Shown one piece after another: positions 34,803 to 38,231 of a stretch of 38,231 bases of DNA. Each line of letters opens with the position of its first letter. The first letter of the stretch is position 1. The position numbers were made by a program, and so were the translations under genes. Below the pieces are notes generated by a model. The model was not told the origin of the DNA. It made no database searches and saw only the letters and a list, made by a program, of their open reading frames with translations. This DNA comes from Candidatus Spechtbacterales bacterium (GTDB lineage: Bacteria > Patescibacteriota > Minisyncoccia > Spechtbacterales > 2-12-FULL-38-22). The stretch covers positions 1 through 38,231 of the forward strand of contig JAWVZY010000002.1 of the NCBI GenBank assembly GCA_033721955.1, given 5' to 3'.

Positions 34803-34825
34803 ATAAAAACCCCGCTTTTGCAGGG
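34803..34825 (-). terminator. Terminator after the 127-aa hypothetical gene
   Basis: Minus strand reads ccctgc-aaaa-gcgggg (the G.U pairs only in the minus-strand RNA) followed by TTTTTATTG. Confidence 0.6.
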
Positions 34826-34832
34826 TTAATGG

Positions 34833-35216
34833 TTATGTCAAATCAACATAAAGTTTATACTCTTGCACTGCGCCTGGCGCGTTCCACTGTCCATCTTTCA
34901 TATAGGTTTTGAGGCCCTGTTCTTTGCAATACTCTTCAATAAGTTCTAAAGTTCTCTCATCTATGGCGGTTTCTGTGTAATATCCTCCGCCTATCATTAC
35001 GCTATACCAGAATATTTTTACCTTTTTAACGCCCCTATCGGCAGCATCTTCCAATCTTTGTGGTATTTCTTCAATCCATTTACACGCATTTTTTTGAGCT
35101 TTATGCTCAATGTGCAAAGCTTTCTCCTTTTCCTCATTTTCCTTTTCTGTTTTTATCCTTTTTTGTGCATCATCTGCCTTTTTCTTCAGGCGCTCTAAAT
35201 CTATCTCTTTAGCCAC
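34833..35216 (-). CDS. Hypothetical protein with a charged coiled-coil-like N-terminus and a C-terminal alpha/beta region
   Basis: GTG start at 35216 with SD AAAGGAGGT (GGAGG is the complement of 35223-35227) 6 nt upstream. No family recognised. Confidence 0.6.
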   Translation of the reverse strand: MAKEIDLERLKKKADDAQKRIKTEKENEEKEKALHIEHKAQKNACKWIEEIPQRLEDAADRGVKKVKIFWYSVMIGGGYYTETAIDERTLELIEEYCKEQGLKTYMKDGQWNAPGAVQEYKLYVDLT

Positions 35217-35266
35217 TGCAAACCTCCTTTAATAAAAGGGCTAAATACATAGTACAGTAAAAATTA

Positions 35267-35644
35267 TTATGATTCAATAATTATGTTCCTATCGCGCGGA
35301 CCGTCCAGTTCAATAAGTACAACTCTCTGCCATGTGCCCAAAATAAGTTTTCCATTCCTGTAGGGAAGCGATAAATTAGTCCCTATAATTGAGCTCATAA
35401 TATGGTCGGGGGCATGTGCGGGGTTGTGAGGATGCCTATAATCCAAGTCCGGAGCTATTGCTTCTATAGCGTCAAGCATATCTAAGTCAGTCCCCGGGTC
35501 TAAATCCGCAGTTGTAAGTGCTGCGGTAGTGTGTTGAAGTAATAAAACCACAACACCATCACCCTCGGGCAATTCCTTATTTACATCATCGGTTATATCT
35601 ATAACCTGCTTATTTTTTGTTGTAGAAATAGTAATATTTTTCAT
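35267..35644 (-). CDS. YjbQ/UPF0047 family protein (secondary thiamine-phosphate synthase-like)
   Basis: Contains LLLQHTTAALTTADLDPG, HPHNPAHAPDHIMSSIIG and ILGTWQRVVLIELDGPR. Confidence 0.85.
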   Translation of the reverse strand: MKNITISTTKNKQVIDITDDVNKELPEGDGVVVLLLQHTTAALTTADLDPGTDLDMLDAIEAIAPDLDYRHPHNPAHAPDHIMSSIIGTNLSLPYRNGKLILGTWQRVVLIELDGPRDRNIIIES

Positions 35645-35673
35645 AATAATTTATACTTTACCGGAATTCACTT

Positions 35674-36897
35674 TTATTTTTCAACTAATTTATCAAAGGT
35701 AACTACAAGCGTACTCCAGGCAAAATCCTCTATACGCATACCCTCACCTGTATAAGGGTCGTAAAATTCCCAATACCCTTTTCTTTTTATCATTTCTTTT
35801 GAGCGCTCTGCAATTTCTTTTGCGGCATCGGTCTCACCATGCTGCACAAGGGCTCTTATAATGAACCAATTTGTATTTATCCATGTTGGACCGCGCCATA
35901 TAGGAAATATTTTATCGGGCAAAAATTCACTATCTGAAACTGAAACGGAGGGTAGAGGATATTTTGTCCAAAAAAGGTTCGGATCTTTAATATCTTTGAC
36001 AATACCCTCGACCATCTCTCTAGGCAGATCTTTTATAATAAGGGGCATAATATTACCTATAGAATAATGATCCTTTAGCATGCCATGCCCCACGCGCACA
36101 GGATAAAACCTCTTATCCTCTTTATCCCAGCATGTATCTATAAGGGCATTTATTGACCGCTTGATTGCTTCGTCTATATTAGGAAAGAGATAAAGCATAT
36201 CCACACTTTTAAGTATATTTTTCAAAGAATAAAGCCCATCTATAAATATGGTATGCTCTCCTACATCCTTAACATTAAAAGGACCTCTTTGCAGGATTTT
36301 CTCTTCATCCCATCCAAGTAAAAGATTGCGAAAATCAATAAAAAGAGTAAATAAAAAATCCAAAAACCCGTTCAAGCGATTAAAGCGCTTAGGTAAAACA
36401 GGTCTGAAAAAATCAAATTCGGGAGCCGCATCTCTGCCGCTTTCACGATGCGAAATTATAGATACCACATTATAAGCATCTCTATACTCAATAAAGTATT
36501 TATAAAACTTTACCAGGGGCTCTGCAACTTCCGCGCTAAAATTTTTATCATTTATGGCCTCTACGGCTTGCGCTATAACGGGCTGGCCCACAAGAGAACT
36601 TGTCTTAGGGCGGAGTCCTTTTCCATAAAGCCACATTTCAGCATCCCATTTAGCATAATAGCCATGATATATAAAATGCGGTATCCAGCCCCGAGAATCT
36701 TGATACTTAAACAGTTGCCTTATTTCATTCTTGGCTATATCATCCAACCCAAGCTCTGAGGCGCTTATGGCGTGAAAAGAGCTATCCCATACCCACTGAT
36801 AGCGGTAATGAGGCCATGCGGGAGTTATGTATCTTTTGCCCGTGGCCTCAAAATTATTTAAAAGCACGCGCTTTGCTTCTTCCCTGATATTTTTCAT
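35674..36897 (-). CDS. (alpha/alpha)6-barrel glycoside hydrolase (GH63/GH37/GDE_C-like)
   Basis: Contains WVWDSSFHAIS, IWRGPTWINTNWFIIRAL and YWEFYDPYTGEG, which are typical of the trehalase/glucosidase-type six-hairpin fold. Confidence 0.7.
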   Translation of the reverse strand: MKNIREEAKRVLLNNFEATGKRYITPAWPHYRYQWVWDSSFHAISASELGLDDIAKNEIRQLFKYQDSRGWIPHFIYHGYYAKWDAEMWLYGKGLRPKTSSLVGQPVIAQAVEAINDKNFSAEVAEPLVKFYKYFIEYRDAYNVVSIISHRESGRDAAPEFDFFRPVLPKRFNRLNGFLDFLFTLFIDFRNLLLGWDEEKILQRGPFNVKDVGEHTIFIDGLYSLKNILKSVDMLYLFPNIDEAIKRSINALIDTCWDKEDKRFYPVRVGHGMLKDHYSIGNIMPLIIKDLPREMVEGIVKDIKDPNLFWTKYPLPSVSVSDSEFLPDKIFPIWRGPTWINTNWFIIRALVQHGETDAAKEIAERSKEMIKRKGYWEFYDPYTGEGMRIEDFAWSTLVVTFDKLVEK

Positions 36898-38231
36898 GTA
36901 TTTATTTCTCCTCTCTTTTTTCTATATCTGAGTTCAGGGGAATCTTTAATTTCAAAAAATGCTATTATAGCAGCTACAAAAGCCAGTATTCCATTAATTA
37001 TCATTATCCATTTAAAGCCCGTGGCGAAAGATTCGCCAATAGCAGTTTTAGTATGTTTTGCGGCAAACGAATTAAATGATTCGGGAACTTGTATTCCCCC
37101 AAGTTTATCTTTCTGTTCTAAAATAATTTCCTGTTGTTCTTTAGCTATAGGTAAATTTTGAACTCTGTCTTCTATCTTGCTTGTAAAGAAAGAAAACATA
37201 ACAGCGCCCAGAATTGCTACCGCCATAAGCCCTGCTATTCTGCTTATCGCATTGTTTACACCCGATGCTACACCTGAATATTTCTCCTTCACTGCCAGCG
37301 CGCTTTTTGTAAGAGGAGCTATTGTAAAAGCCATGCCGGCTCCAAATAGAATAAGGCCAGGCAAAATGTTGGCAAAATACGTAGGGCTTGGCCCTGAATA
37401 AGCTAAAATGCCCATGCCCGCTGCAACCGCAAGAGGTCCTGTTATCATTTGAAACCGCGGACCTATTCTATCTGCCAAAGAACCTGCAGGTCCTGAAAAA
37501 AGAGCTATTATAACCACGGGAGGCAAAAGAGAAAGACCTGTCTTAAACGGACTGAGCCCCTGAATTTGCTGCAAATTTAAGGTTAGAAAAAATATAGTAC
37601 CGTTTAGAGCAAAATATAAAAGAAATGTCGCTATATTTGCTCCAAGAACCAGAGGATTTTTAAATATTTGAAAAGGCACAAGAGGCTCTTCGCTCATCCT
37701 TTCTACAAGAATAAATGAAATAAATGCTATAGCGCTTACTATAAAGCTTACAAATATGCCCCCGCTCTCCCAGCCCCATACAGGGCCTTGTATAAGCCCA
37801 AAGGCAAGTCCGCTTAACCCTATACCCACAAAAAGAGTGCCCAGCCAATCAATATGACGAGCATCAGGATTGTATGATTCGGGCACATAGCTTCTGGCGG
37901 CAAAGTATACCAATAGACCTATGGGCACATTGAACCAAAATACAGAACTCCAGCCAAATTCCTCTACAAGCCACCCGCCAAGCAAGGGACCAAAAGCCGC
38001 CATAGCGCCGCTAAGTCCAGCCCACAGGCCTATTGCCTTGCCTCGAACATTATCTGCAAAACAAACATTTATTATAGCAAGGGAACCGGGTATCATCATT
38101 GCCGCGCCAATACCCTGCAAACCCTGAAAAACGATCAACTGAGTAGAGCTTTGGGCAAGTGCCGAAAGAAGAGAGCCAAGAGTAAAACCCAAAATGCCGT
38201 ATTGAAATATTCTCTTTCTTCCAAAATGATC
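36894..38231 (-). CDS. MFS transporter (EmrB/DHA2-like), with the N-terminus outside the window
   Basis: The reading frame stays open to the window edge (DHFGRKRIFQYGILGFTLG..., MFS motif A-like). It is polytopic and has a 4-nt overlap with the downstream hydrolase. Confidence 0.85.
   Translation of the reverse strand, partial: DHFGRKRIFQYGILGFTLGSLLSALAQSSTQLIVFQGLQGIGAAMMIPGSLAIINVCFADNVRGKAIGLWAGLSGAMAAFGPLLGGWLVEEFGWSSVFWFNVPIGLLVYFAARSYVPESYNPDARHIDWLGTLFVGIGLSGLAFGLIQGPVWGWESGGIFVSFIVSAIAFISFILVERMSEEPLVPFQIFKNPLVLGANIATFLLYFALNGTIFFLTLNLQQIQGLSPFKTGLSLLPPVVIIALFSGPAGSLADRIGPRFQMITGPLAVAAGMGILAYSGPSPTYFANILPGLILFGAGMAFTIAPLTKSALAVKEKYSGVASGVNNAISRIAGLMAVAILGAVMFSFFTSKIEDRVQNLPIAKEQQEIILEQKDKLGGIQVPESFNSFAAKHTKTAIGESFATGFKWIMIINGILAFVAAIIAFFEIKDSPELRYRKKRGEINT

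Noticed and set aside
1-38231. Alternative genetic code (UGA recoding as in some CPR lineages), CRISPR arrays, transposases, integrases, prophage or defence-system genes
   Set aside because: All conserved genes are full length under the standard bacterial code, and TGA is used as a stop (for example at 415-417). No spaced repeat array is present, and no ORF has recombinase, nuclease-defence or phage hallmarks. The only repeats are the short regulatory ones reported above.

Overview
The window is a core translation locus of a low-GC bacterium, and almost everything is on the minus strand. Reading right to left, there is a contiguous str-S10-spc ribosomal superoperon: rpsL-rpsG-fusA-[unknown ORF]-tuf-rpsJ-[235-nt structured spacer]-rplC...rplO-secY-adk-map. 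Housekeeping genes follow it (GT2 glycosyltransferase, GalT-like, DedA, tpiA, pgk, recJ, a TrmB-type regulator). To the right lie an M50 protease, rpmB plus tRNA-Pro(GGG) (the only plus-strand genes), pepN, a cell-envelope cluster (C39-like peptidase, L,D-transpeptidase, Gmad2/8-Cys protein, PQQ-type beta-propeller, membrane protein, NAD(P)-binding protein), two small genes, a glycoside hydrolase and a truncated MFS transporter. Three traits fit a Candidate Phyla Radiation/Patescibacteria-like genome, but this is an inference and not a proven placement: there is no room for rpmD (L30) between rpsE and rplO, several ribosomal proteins carry Lys-rich tails, and the metabolic content is minimal. 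I saw no rRNA, CRISPR array, transposase, integrase or phage genes, and no complete, obviously novel multi-gene system. Five items deserve a second look. (1) An orphan Phd/YefM-like ORF with a disordered region sits between fusA and tuf. (2) A multi-hairpin 235-nt spacer splits rpsJ from rplC. (3) An unannotated mini transcription unit at 265-681 has a consensus promoter, a 9-nt SD, a 50-codon basic ORF and a heavily structured 3' region. (4) Short tandem repeat arrays lie upstream of tuf and pepN. (5) Extended -10 elements recur 6-8 nt from ATG codons, which suggests leaderless mRNAs. All promoter, terminator and RNA calls come from reading the sequence by eye and are not validated.
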